From a virus, in IMG/VR virus record IMGVR_UViG_3300034418_012856, positions 19,838 to 83,837 of that record: a DNA stretch of 64,000 nucleotides. One strand, written 5' to 3'. The notes under the pieces were generated by a model, which saw only the letters and a program-made list of their open reading frames with translations, was not told the DNA's origin and ran no database searches. Below are positions 55,798-64,000 of the stretch, piece after piece. Position 1 is the stretch's first letter. Each line of letters starts with the position of its first letter. A program made the translations under genes and the position numbers.

Positions 55798-57576
55798 ATG
55801 GCCAATAACATTTTTAAGAAGAATAACATCCTTATAAAGGGACTTTTGGGAGATTCGTTTGAATTCCTACAAAGAACATACAACCAAACAAGGAATGTTT
55901 TCACGGTTGCTTCTGCTTGGGGTCAAATCCTTTTCGTTCTTGAAAACCTTTCCCAGCTAATCCTTTATTTCATAGAGGACTCAATTACTGAGTTAAATAT
56001 GCAAGAGGCTACAAGAAATTACTCAATTAAAAGCTTAGCAAGAATTGCTGGGTACGATCCGGTGAGAGGCATGTCTGCACAAGGCGAAGCTTCCGTTGCT
56101 TGGAATCTTAGAGAGGATGATGCTGGTGGTGGTGCGGTGATATTAAGCAATAATCCAAAGATCCAAAATATACAAAATGGTTTACCCTATACTCTAATAT
56201 TAAATTCCCCCTCTGTTAAAGTTCCGCTTTCAAGGGGAAAGTCATTTAGCTTTAAGGTCGTGCAGGGAGCTTTTTCATCTTCTACCTTTACCGGAACTGG
56301 CCAATCCCTTCAGAGTTTCAATCTTCCTTCTAAAGCTGGTGCTTATATAGATCAATTCTATGTGAATGTATATGTCAATGGATCCCCATGGGAAAGATAT
56401 GAATCACTCTATGATATACCTTATGAAAGTGAGGGCTACCTAGTAAAAACTGGGATAAGTGAGGGTATTGACATATATTTTGGTAATTCTAATTTTGGAA
56501 AAATACCACAGGCAGGAAGTATAATTAGGGTAGAGTATTTACAAACCTCAGGATTTAGCGGAAATATACAGTCTAAGAAGGATACCAATCTAACATATAG
56601 ATTCCTTGATAGTGGTACTGATCTTTTTGGTAACGATGTTAACCTAAACAACTATCTGACAATAACCGGGGTTTTAGACCCTAGCTTTGGAGCAGATCCG
56701 GAACCAATTGAGCTTACGAGAATAGTAGCTCCGAAAACAAGTAGATCCTATGTTTTTGCAAATGCTGAAAATTATGAGATCTACCTACAGAAGCTGAATA
56801 TATTTTCTCAAATACAAGCCTTTTCAACTTTTGATGATGAATACTTGGACGACGATAATGTGGTATACATTTTCTTGGTTCCTGATGTAACTATATCTAT
56901 GACATCTAACCAGGACTATTTTGATATCCCACAAGATCAGTTTTTGTTAACTCAATCTCAAAAGCTTTCTTTATTAAATCTTATTGAAGATTCCGGGAGA
57001 ATGATTGCCACAACAGTAGTTAAGATTCTTGATGCTGAAATAAAGAGATATGTTGGTAATGTTTCTATGTCGATCTTTGAAGGATATGATCCTGAGGTTC
57101 TAAAGGATAAAGTAAGGGACAGGATCTCAGAATATATGCTTAACCTTAAAAGAAGGGACCGTATCCCAAAGTCTGATATTATAGCTCTTATAGAGGGTAT
57201 CGAGGGGATTGATTCAGTTTCTTTCTTCTTTGTCGGTGAAGAAAATGAAAGATATCATTCTACGGTAGATAATTTATCTAATGCTTCTAGCGCTCAAAAG
57301 GATAGAGAAGTAGGACTTGATGAATATGGTGATATAATTATCGGTAGGGGAGAACTTATTTTGCTACGAGGTGGATGGACTGATAGATATGGAACTGCTT
57401 ATGAGCAAGGAATAGTTAGCGGTAAGCCCTCTGCTTTAAATATAGCAGTTACAAGTATAAATCCAAGAAATTTTCTAGGAAGTCTTAATGCTCAGGCTAA
57501 AGCTAAATTAATGGAGCAAAATAATAGTAGCAGCTCTTCTGTTAGCAGAAGATCAAATTCTAGGAGTACCCTCTAA
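55798..57576 (+). CDS. gp6: Baseplate wedge subunit
   Basis: A....SI.SLARIAGY.P, VVQG, IYFGN..FGKIP..G..IRVEYL.TSG..GN, GADPE. Confidence 0.8.
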   Translation: MANNIFKKNNILIKGLLGDSFEFLQRTYNQTRNVFTVASAWGQILFVLENLSQLILYFIEDSITELNMQEATRNYSIKSLARIAGYDPVRGMSAQGEASVAWNLREDDAGGGAVILSNNPKIQNIQNGLPYTLILNSPSVKVPLSRGKSFSFKVVQGAFSSSTFTGTGQSLQSFNLPSKAGAYIDQFYVNVYVNGSPWERYESLYDIPYESEGYLVKTGISEGIDIYFGNSNFGKIPQAGSIIRVEYLQTSGFSGNIQSKKDTNLTYRFLDSGTDLFGNDVNLNNYLTITGVLDPSFGADPEPIELTRIVAPKTSRSYVFANAENYEIYLQKLNIFSQIQAFSTFDDEYLDDDNVVYIFLVPDVTISMTSNQDYFDIPQDQFLLTQSQKLSLLNLIEDSGRMIATTVVKILDAEIKRYVGNVSMSIFEGYDPEVLKDKVRDRISEYMLNLKRRDRIPKSDIIALIEGIEGIDSVSFFFVGEENERYHSTVDNLSNASSAQKDREVGLDEYGDIIIGRGELILLRGGWTDRYGTAYEQGIVSGKPSALNIAVTSINPRNFLGSLNAQAKAKLMEQNNSSSSSVSRRSNSRSTL

Positions 57577-57594
57577 TAAATTTTTACAACTAAA

Positions 57595-58125
57595 ATGGCC
57601 CAAAGAAATTACTCACCTTTTTTACCTCCAGTAGAATCTTCTTACACTGTTAAGGGATTTAAATTCAGGACAAGTACTTCTGATTTCGAAACATCTGACG
57701 ATCTTTACAAGTCAATCTCGAAAGCTCAGGAGAGAGCTTATAACATTGGATGCTCTGGGTATAGAAGTGTTACTACTGATGCTTTGGGATCTACACTCTA
57801 TGGGCCTTGTTCTAGTCTTGATACATATGTGAATATTACAAAACAGATCAAACCTACTTCTATGGATAGAAGATATTATGAATTCGATCCAACAGATAAT
57901 CTTTATGATATAAGAAATTCTATTAATGATGATGTAAAGGAGGGATTTGATTATAAGAACCAAATTTTTGAAAGGACCCTTTCTAATGTTATGTTTAGGG
58001 ATCCTAGAAAAATAGCTATACTCAATAACATGCAAAGGGTAGTTTTTGCTTTAATTGAATCAGTAAAGCAAATTAGAAATTTCTTCAATTATACGGTTCC
58101 ATTCAACAATAAAAGGGTATTCTAA
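57595..58125 (+). CDS. Hypothetical baseplate-region protein
   Basis: 176-aa ORF within the structural cluster. Confidence 0.5.
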   Translation: MAQRNYSPFLPPVESSYTVKGFKFRTSTSDFETSDDLYKSISKAQERAYNIGCSGYRSVTTDALGSTLYGPCSSLDTYVNITKQIKPTSMDRRYYEFDPTDNLYDIRNSINDDVKEGFDYKNQIFERTLSNVMFRDPRKIAILNNMQRVVFALIESVKQIRNFFNYTVPFNNKRVF

Positions 58126-58127
58126 AA

Positions 58128-60398
58128 ATGGCGGATAGACATTTAAAATTTTATAATAAGCAAGGAAATCCCCTAAACTTCGAATATATTGGGGCAACAG
58201 CTGGAATTCCCTTAACTTATACATTTAATTACGAGACATTTTCTGTAAATACTACACCTGTAGCAGGGCAAGTTTCACTTATATCGTTATCCAGTAATAT
58301 CATCTACTTTAATGTTAAGGACTTAAATGGCTTTGATATTACCGGTTGGGCTAATAGCGTAAATGAAAAAATCCAAAAAGGTGGAAAGATAACTTTAAGG
58401 CTAACAATTCAACCTGCTAACGTTATCAATGCATACATTTCATCCACTTCTGTTGCTGGCGGAATAGTTACCGTCAACCTTAGTGGATTTAATGGTCCAA
58501 CCGCGATCTCCAATAGCAACTTCACTTATTGTGAAACATTAGCACAGGATTTGCCTGGTGGATATTTTAAAGGAAGCATATTCTTCGATCCAGTTTCTGC
58601 TGGTCTTTATGAGAATGAACAAATATTTGTGCTCCAGGAATTTAAGGATTCTGGGTCTGGGTTAAACTTTGTTGGATTTCCACACACCGGATCTACAGGG
58701 GCAAGCTCTGATCCAATATGGAGATCTAGATGGGAGAATGATTCTTATGGTGATGTTGATGTTTCCAACGTGGTCTTTACCTATAAGATAACTGAGAGCG
58801 ATCCAGAGGTTGGTGGAGATCCAACAATTACTAACTATCAGAACATTGCTTTCTCTGTCATAAAGAATCCTTCGGATTCCTATTCTAACGGCTATATCTC
58901 TACCCCAGAGGCGGCAACTCCTTCTAAAGCACTTCAAATTAATGTTGCTATAAATGCTCCAAATCAGGGCGCTGAGGTTTATGAGAGGAAATTGATTATT
59001 GAGGATATAACCTCTGGTAGCCCAAGTAAGGTTGCAGAGATTGATTTCTATGGACAAATCATAGGATCTGATGAAAGATTAGATGTTTTAACAAGAAACC
59101 TCGGTAGGGCCTTTATAAACGAGGATTCCCGGATTCTTAGAAATCATGATCCTGATGAACCCCTTCCGAATTATATTGAAATAAATGAGAAGAGGAAGGA
59201 ACTTATGGTAGCAGGGGAGGAGATTTTCCCATATATTGGTAGCTATAAAGGACTTATCGGAGCTCTTAAATTCTTTGGATATCAGGATTTAAGGATTAAA
59301 GAATATTGGCTAAATCTTAATTACCAAAGGGTAAATCTAACCCCACTCCAGGAAAATCAGATTTTCTTAGATCAATATAACAATACAAAAACCCCAAATC
59401 AAACGGTTTTGATTGCGGATGTATTGGATAATGAGAATACAGGAAAGTATAGGTTGGAACAAACATATGGACCTAATTCTGATGGTGAATATGTACTTGA
59501 CGTATCCTCTGAAAATACACTGGTCCCATCTCGTACCTATAAAAAGACCTCTCTTTTTGGTCTCTACTATGATATAAATACTACCTCTACACAAACTGAT
59601 CCCTATGGATACCCAGTAACCCCTGAGGCTTTCTCTTTTACCCAAGAGGAGGTTCTGGTAAAGCTTTTTGCTCTAAAGCAGAGGTTGAAAGAAAGCTACT
59701 TGCCTCTTAACGCGAGGATAATAGATATAACTGGGGAGGGTGTTTATTACAATGTCTATAACTCTAAAGCTTGGAGCGACACCTTAGAAAGAGATGAGAT
59801 TGATTCAGGTAACAATATAAAATTCATAAGTAATCCTGATTTTGGATTTTTGGAAGATCTAAGAGCATTCGGGACAAGGACAGATTCTAAATCTATCCAA
59901 GCACCAATGAACTATAATAATGTAGTAGATGTAGATGTTGAGGTAATAGGACCTTCTGGGGATGCATTTAGATTCTCCACTGGAAATGCACTAAATCCAA
60001 CTATCTCAATTCAGAGAGGCAAGCAATATAATTTTAATCTAGTTTCCTCTGGATATGATTTGTATTTCACAACCGATGCTTCTTTATCCCAAGTTGACCC
60101 TGTGGGTATTTCAAATAACGGTGCCACAGGAGGTACTGTTCAAATAGATGTTAATCCACAAGCTACTGGACCCTATTATTACTATTCCACAGTCAACCCT
60201 TCAAAAATGAATGGTGAGATCAACATAACGGATTCTCCAATTTCCGATTTTGGGAATAATGTTTCTCCTTTTTATAATCAGCAAAGGTATACTGCTGAAC
60301 AAAATGCCTTGATGCTACAGGCTATCGAGAACTTTTACGTAAAAAAAATGAATGGAGAAATAAAAAATTTGGGAGATAATTTAAATACTTCGATATAA
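58128..60398 (+). CDS. Baseplate wedge protein (gp7-like)
   Basis: IFPYIGSYKGLIGALKFFGY..LRIKEYW; follows gp6. Confidence 0.5.
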   Translation: MADRHLKFYNKQGNPLNFEYIGATAGIPLTYTFNYETFSVNTTPVAGQVSLISLSSNIIYFNVKDLNGFDITGWANSVNEKIQKGGKITLRLTIQPANVINAYISSTSVAGGIVTVNLSGFNGPTAISNSNFTYCETLAQDLPGGYFKGSIFFDPVSAGLYENEQIFVLQEFKDSGSGLNFVGFPHTGSTGASSDPIWRSRWENDSYGDVDVSNVVFTYKITESDPEVGGDPTITNYQNIAFSVIKNPSDSYSNGYISTPEAATPSKALQINVAINAPNQGAEVYERKLIIEDITSGSPSKVAEIDFYGQIIGSDERLDVLTRNLGRAFINEDSRILRNHDPDEPLPNYIEINEKRKELMVAGEEIFPYIGSYKGLIGALKFFGYQDLRIKEYWLNLNYQRVNLTPLQENQIFLDQYNNTKTPNQTVLIADVLDNENTGKYRLEQTYGPNSDGEYVLDVSSENTLVPSRTYKKTSLFGLYYDINTTSTQTDPYGYPVTPEAFSFTQEEVLVKLFALKQRLKESYLPLNARIIDITGEGVYYNVYNSKAWSDTLERDEIDSGNNIKFISNPDFGFLEDLRAFGTRTDSKSIQAPMNYNNVVDVDVEVIGPSGDAFRFSTGNALNPTISIQRGKQYNFNLVSSGYDLYFTTDASLSQVDPVGISNNGATGGTVQIDVNPQATGPYYYYSTVNPSKMNGEINITDSPISDFGNNVSPFYNQQRYTAEQNALMLQAIENFYVKKMNGEIKNLGDNLNTSI

Positions 60399-60399
60399 T
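60392..60399 (+). promoter_or_regulatory. Putative late promoter GATATATA
   Basis: 26 nt upstream of the GT60 gene. Confidence 0.7.
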
Positions 60400-60425
60400 G
60401 ATAAACCAGTTAAAAAGAATTTATT

Positions 60426-61673
60426 TTGAGTGATAAAATTTTTGTCCAGATAGCTTCTTATAGAGACCCAGAGCTTATCCCCACCATAGAGGATATGTTG
60501 GAAAAAGCCAAAAATCCTGAAAACCTTGTTTTTGGAATTTGCTGGCAATACGATAAAGATGAAGATATAGACAGATACGATGGGAACGACTCTTTTAGAA
60601 TTTCAAAATATCATTATTCGGAAAGTCAAGGTTTAGGATGGGCCAGAAATCAAACCAATAAATTGTATGGTGGTGAAAAATACACCTTACAGATTGACTC
60701 TCATCATCGCTTTGTAAATCATTGGGATGAGATAGTTTTGCAGGATTTCAATCAGGCACTAATGGTTTCCGATAAACCAATTATAACCACTTATTGTACT
60801 CCGTTCGAAACAACAGAGTCCCCTGAGAATTTCATCCAAACCCCATGTTTGATGTCACAATATGAGTTCAGTAACGATCGATTATTGATGAGCATGCCTT
60901 ATTACATTCAAGATTATAAAAGCCGAAAAAGGGTGATAAGGGCACGGACTTTGAGTGGGCACTTCTATTTTACATGGGGAAATTTCATAAATGAGGTTCC
61001 GTATGACCCTGATATTTATTTTGGTGGATATACGGAAGAAACCACAATGAGTGTACGTGCTTTTACTCACGGATATGATATGTTTAGCCCATACAGGATG
61101 GTCATGTGGCACGAGTACACTAGAAACTATCGGGCAAAACACTGGGATGACCACTCTAATGAATCAAATACCGGTAAGAAGAGTGGGGAGAGGGACATTT
61201 TAGCAAGAAATAAGACCAGACAGATTTTTGGACAAGAGGATCATGGAATTGATCTCGGAATTTTTGGTCTTGGTTCTGAGAGAACATTAAGACAATATGA
61301 GGAATATGGTGGCTTTGATTTTTCCAATAATCTAATACAAGAATACACTCTCGAGGTAAATGAACCACCAAACCCTCTACCATGGGAGGATGGATTTGTT
61401 TCCTCCAAGCAAGATGCTACGGTTGATTGGGATCTAAAGGAGTTTGCCAATGCTCCCGTGGACCAGTTAAAACTTATTACCCTGGGCATAATTGACAAAT
61501 TTGGAACAGAGGTATTTCGATATGATTTTAACCCTGAAAACCACCCTGATGTTTTTTCAGGCTTTGTTAACTCTTGGAATATAAGATATTCTAAGAAGCC
61601 TGAAGATATGCTTGTCATGTATTGTTTGAGTGTTGAGAACGAGTGGTCTGACAGATATGAAAAAATTTTATGA
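60426..61673 (+). CDS. GT60-family polypeptide N-acetylglucosaminyltransferase (Gnt1/OGNT-like)
   Basis: IFVQIASYRDPEL..TI, G..WAR, LQIDSH.RF...WD, EVPYDP...F.G..EE...S.RAFTHGYD, H.Y.R, GLGSERTL..YE. Confidence 0.85.
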   Translation: MSDKIFVQIASYRDPELIPTIEDMLEKAKNPENLVFGICWQYDKDEDIDRYDGNDSFRISKYHYSESQGLGWARNQTNKLYGGEKYTLQIDSHHRFVNHWDEIVLQDFNQALMVSDKPIITTYCTPFETTESPENFIQTPCLMSQYEFSNDRLLMSMPYYIQDYKSRKRVIRARTLSGHFYFTWGNFINEVPYDPDIYFGGYTEETTMSVRAFTHGYDMFSPYRMVMWHEYTRNYRAKHWDDHSNESNTGKKSGERDILARNKTRQIFGQEDHGIDLGIFGLGSERTLRQYEEYGGFDFSNNLIQEYTLEVNEPPNPLPWEDGFVSSKQDATVDWDLKEFANAPVDQLKLITLGIIDKFGTEVFRYDFNPENHPDVFSGFVNSWNIRYSKKPEDMLVMYCLSVENEWSDRYEKIL

Positions 61674-62743
61674 GGATAGTTTTTTTGGTTCCTGGGTGTG
61701 AAGGAAGACCTCTCCCTATAAATGGATATTCTATAAGATATGGCAATGCTCCTAGCTCAGGAACTGAACAAAGTGTTATTTTAGTTTCCGAGTATTTAGC
61801 TTCAAGAGGGCATGAGGTTACAATAGTAATTGATAAAACGGATTTTAAGGAAACTAACGGTGTAAGGTATACCGACTTTACTTATAAAGGAATTCCTAGT
61901 GAGGTGGATATCCTAATTTCTATGTTGTGGTTTGAAAAATATAATGAAATACCTTTTAGAGTTAAAAAAACCGTGGGATATTGGTTCCATATGGCTTGGG
62001 GGTACAGCATAAACGAAATAGCCGAATTTGCAAAAGCTCAGGGAACTGATGTAAAGTTAGTTTATCCATCCTCTTTTGCCCGCTATCATGCTAATTTTAT
62101 AGAAGATATTATAAAGTCTAAAAATATTGAGTGTAGCGACTGGATAGTACCAAATCCCTTGGATGAAAAACTAATAAAGGAAGTGAAGTCAAGGGGCATT
62201 AAGAAGAACCCGAAAAAAGCTATTTTTCTAGCACAATTCTCTAGAGGTGGATCTTTAGCAGAACAGGCTATTAAAGAACTTGGTGATGAATATTCTTTTG
62301 AATCCTTCGACTATTTGGATACCCAAAATGGTGTGGATAAGAAAACAATTCTGGAAAAATTAGCAGAGGCTGAGTATTTTATTTTTCCACTTTACCATCC
62401 TAATGGCTGTGTTTATAAGGATACTTTTTCTTGTTCAGTAGCTGAGGCTATAGCTATGGAAACAAAGGTCATTACTTATCCGTTGGGTGCATTTACTGAA
62501 TACTTTAATGCAGGATGCTATTATGTGAAATTCCCGGAAGATGCTGATATCAATGAAATGTACAGGGAGAAAGTTTCGTGTGATGCTTTTTACATGGATG
62601 TCTTTGATCCCTTTGTTTCTGCTGTAAAACATATCGAGAAAGACCCATCTTTGTTCCAAAGATTCGATATAACAAGTAACCACATCTCTTCCAAGTTTTT
62701 TGATAGAGAGATTGGTAAAAAGTGGGAAAGTATATTTTTCTGA
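61670..62743 (+). CDS. GT-B fold glycosyltransferase (GT4-like)
   Basis: SGTEQS...SEYLA.RGHEVT; IFP...DTFSCSVAEAIA..T.VIT..GA..E. Confidence 0.75.
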   Translation: MRIVFLVPGCEGRPLPINGYSIRYGNAPSSGTEQSVILVSEYLASRGHEVTIVIDKTDFKETNGVRYTDFTYKGIPSEVDILISMLWFEKYNEIPFRVKKTVGYWFHMAWGYSINEIAEFAKAQGTDVKLVYPSSFARYHANFIEDIIKSKNIECSDWIVPNPLDEKLIKEVKSRGIKKNPKKAIFLAQFSRGGSLAEQAIKELGDEYSFESFDYLDTQNGVDKKTILEKLAEAEYFIFPLYHPNGCVYKDTFSCSVAEAIAMETKVITYPLGAFTEYFNAGCYYVKFPEDADINEMYREKVSCDAFYMDVFDPFVSAVKHIEKDPSLFQRFDITSNHISSKFFDREIGKKWESIFF

Positions 62744-62789
62744 AATTCAACCCTGTGAGGCTAGTAAATTACTAGGGTAATAGAGTTTG

Positions 62790-62797
62790 GATATATA
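62790..62797 (+). promoter_or_regulatory. Putative late promoter GATATATA
   Basis: Upstream of GTG 62847. Confidence 0.65.
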
Positions 62798-62846
62798 ATA
62801 TTAGTTTTTTAGTAAATAAAATCACAAAAAAATTTATTTCCGGTAG

Positions 62847-64000
62847 GTGGCTTACGTTAACTTAGTAAATTGTTGTAACGGGCAGACGATCACACTCAAT
62901 AACACCAGTGCTACTGGGGGAACATACACAGTTACCGGTGTTACAGGGGTGGGATCTAATTGTTATGCAACAACTGGTGGATCTCCAACTGCCGTTATTC
63001 TGGATGGTACCTCTGCCTCTTTTACTGTCGTGGGAGCTACTGCTGATTGTAATGATCCCGAGGTAATAGATAAGTGTCCAGATTGTCCTGAGTCTACCCC
63101 AACACCTCTACCAACAAGTACACCAACTCCAACACCTACTCCAACCGGAACACCAGCTCCTGCTCCAACTACGCCAACACCTACTGCTACGAGTACACCA
63201 ACACCTGTACCTGCTACAGCAACCCCAACACCTACTCCAGCACCTACTGCTACGAGTACACCAACACCTGTACCTGCTACAGCAACTCCTACTCCAGCAC
63301 CTACTGCTACGAGTACACCAACACCTGTACCTGCTACAGCAACTCCTACTCCAGCACCTACTGCTACGAGTACACCCACCCCCACACCTATCCCTGGAGC
63401 TTTAACGATAGGATCTGAAATAAATAATGTTTTGTGCTTTGGTGGAACCGGAAGCATTGATGTTGGTGTAACTGGTGGGGTTTCCCCGTATACATATTTA
63501 TGGTCCAACGGAGCTACCTCACAGGATCTTAATAGTGTTACAGCTGGTACGTATTCTTTGACCGTAACAGATTCTGTTGGATCTACTGCTGGTGTTTCTT
63601 TAACTGTTACCCAGCCGTCTTCTCCCGTTGTTGGGACTATGATTGTTACTAACGAGACAAGCCCAGGTGCAAACGATGGTACTGCAACACTAAGCGGAAC
63701 TGGAGGTACCCCACCATACTCCTATTTATGGTCTAACGGATTTACTTCACAAGTAAGGACTGGACTTTCACCCGGAACTTATAATGCTTTTGTTTATGAC
63801 TCAAACGGAGCCCCTGCAGTTAATAATGGGTGTAGAAGTAGTTTAGTAACAGGCACTGTACTAGCAGCAGAAACACCAACACCTACTCCAGCACCTACTG
63901 GAACACCAGTTCCTGCTCCAACTACGCCAACACCAACTCCAACCGGAACACCAGTTCCTGCTCCAACTACGCCAACACCAACTCCAACCGGAACACCAGC
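62847..64000 (+). CDS. Mucin-like Thr/Pro-rich protein with SprB-type repeats (3'-truncated; absent from ORF track)
   Basis: Read manually: [12 protein letters not shown]...CPDCPE, then PT-rich repeats, [29 protein letters not shown]...[10 protein letters not shown], a second SprB unit, and more PT repeats; open to the window end. Confidence 0.85.
   Translation, partial: MAYVNLVNCCNGQTITLNNTSATGGTYTVTGVTGVGSNCYATTGGSPTAVILDGTSASFTVVGATADCNDPEVIDKCPDCPESTPTPLPTSTPTPTPTPTGTPAPAPTTPTPTATSTPTPVPATATPTPTPAPTATSTPTPVPATATPTPAPTATSTPTPVPATATPTPAPTATSTPTPTPIPGALTIGSEINNVLCFGGTGSIDVGVTGGVSPYTYLWSNGATSQDLNSVTAGTYSLTVTDSVGSTAGVSLTVTQPSSPVVGTMIVTNETSPGANDGTATLSGTGGTPPYSYLWSNGFTSQVRTGLSPGTYNAFVYDSNGAPAVNNGCRSSLVTGTVLAAETPTPTPAPTGTPVPAPTTPTPTPTGTPVPAPTTPTPTPTGTP
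63034..63390 (+). repeat. Pro/Thr coding repeats (~57-nt [19 protein letters not shown] units); second block of ~45-nt units at ~63870-64000
   Basis: Near-identical direct repeats starting near 63180, 63243, 63300 and 63357. Confidence 0.85.

Noticed and set aside
62761-62775. Palindrome CTAGTAAATTACTAG
   Set aside because: Single short AT-rich inverted repeat with no U-tract or second copy; function cannot be supported
62963-63508. 181-aa minus-strand Gly/Val-rich ORF
   Set aside because: Antisense shadow of the + strand Pro/Thr repeats; the + frame has recognisable SprB repeats and a promoter
1-64000. Stop-codon reassignment, as in some Bacteroidota megaphages
   Set aside because: Conserved genes are full-length and densely packed in code 11, and TAG and TGA both terminate genes at sensible positions
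1-64000. tRNA/rRNA genes, introns, inteins, integrase or transposase
   Set aside because: None recognisable; intergenic gaps are short and conserved enzymes are of normal length

Overview
This is a 64 kb, AT-rich, almost entirely + strand segment of a T4-superfamily jumbo myophage in the standard genetic code. The host is very probably Bacteroidota: TAnnTTTG host-type promoters, A-rich translation starts without Shine-Dalgarno sites, a Bacteroidota-like S1 homolog and SprB repeats all point that way. The window holds head genes (gp55 late sigma, gp4, gp2, two tandem gp20 portals, a gp21 protease-scaffold fusion, the gp23 capsid) and replication/repair genes (ligase, clamp loader, RNase H, Gmk, a NEIL1-like glycosylase, a degenerate UvdE, exonucleases). 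It also holds a set of putative capsid-internal proteins, neck/baseplate genes, an S1 homolog, an amidoligase and several glycan enzymes. Most notable: (1) a late-expressed GT60 polypeptide O-GlcNAc-transferase plus a GT-B enzyme directly before a Thr/Pro mucin-like SprB-repeat protein, a candidate phage mucin O-glycosylation system; (2) an A-AAA-AAC -1 frameshift that would extend a head-core-like protein; (3) a scaffold gene nested in the protease gene with its own late promoter; (4) a family of late genes sharing a T4-like capsid-targeting leader, including a nucleotidyltransferase; (5) duplicated portals; (6) three promoter classes readable from the sequence. All assignments come from motif recognition by eye; no searches were run.
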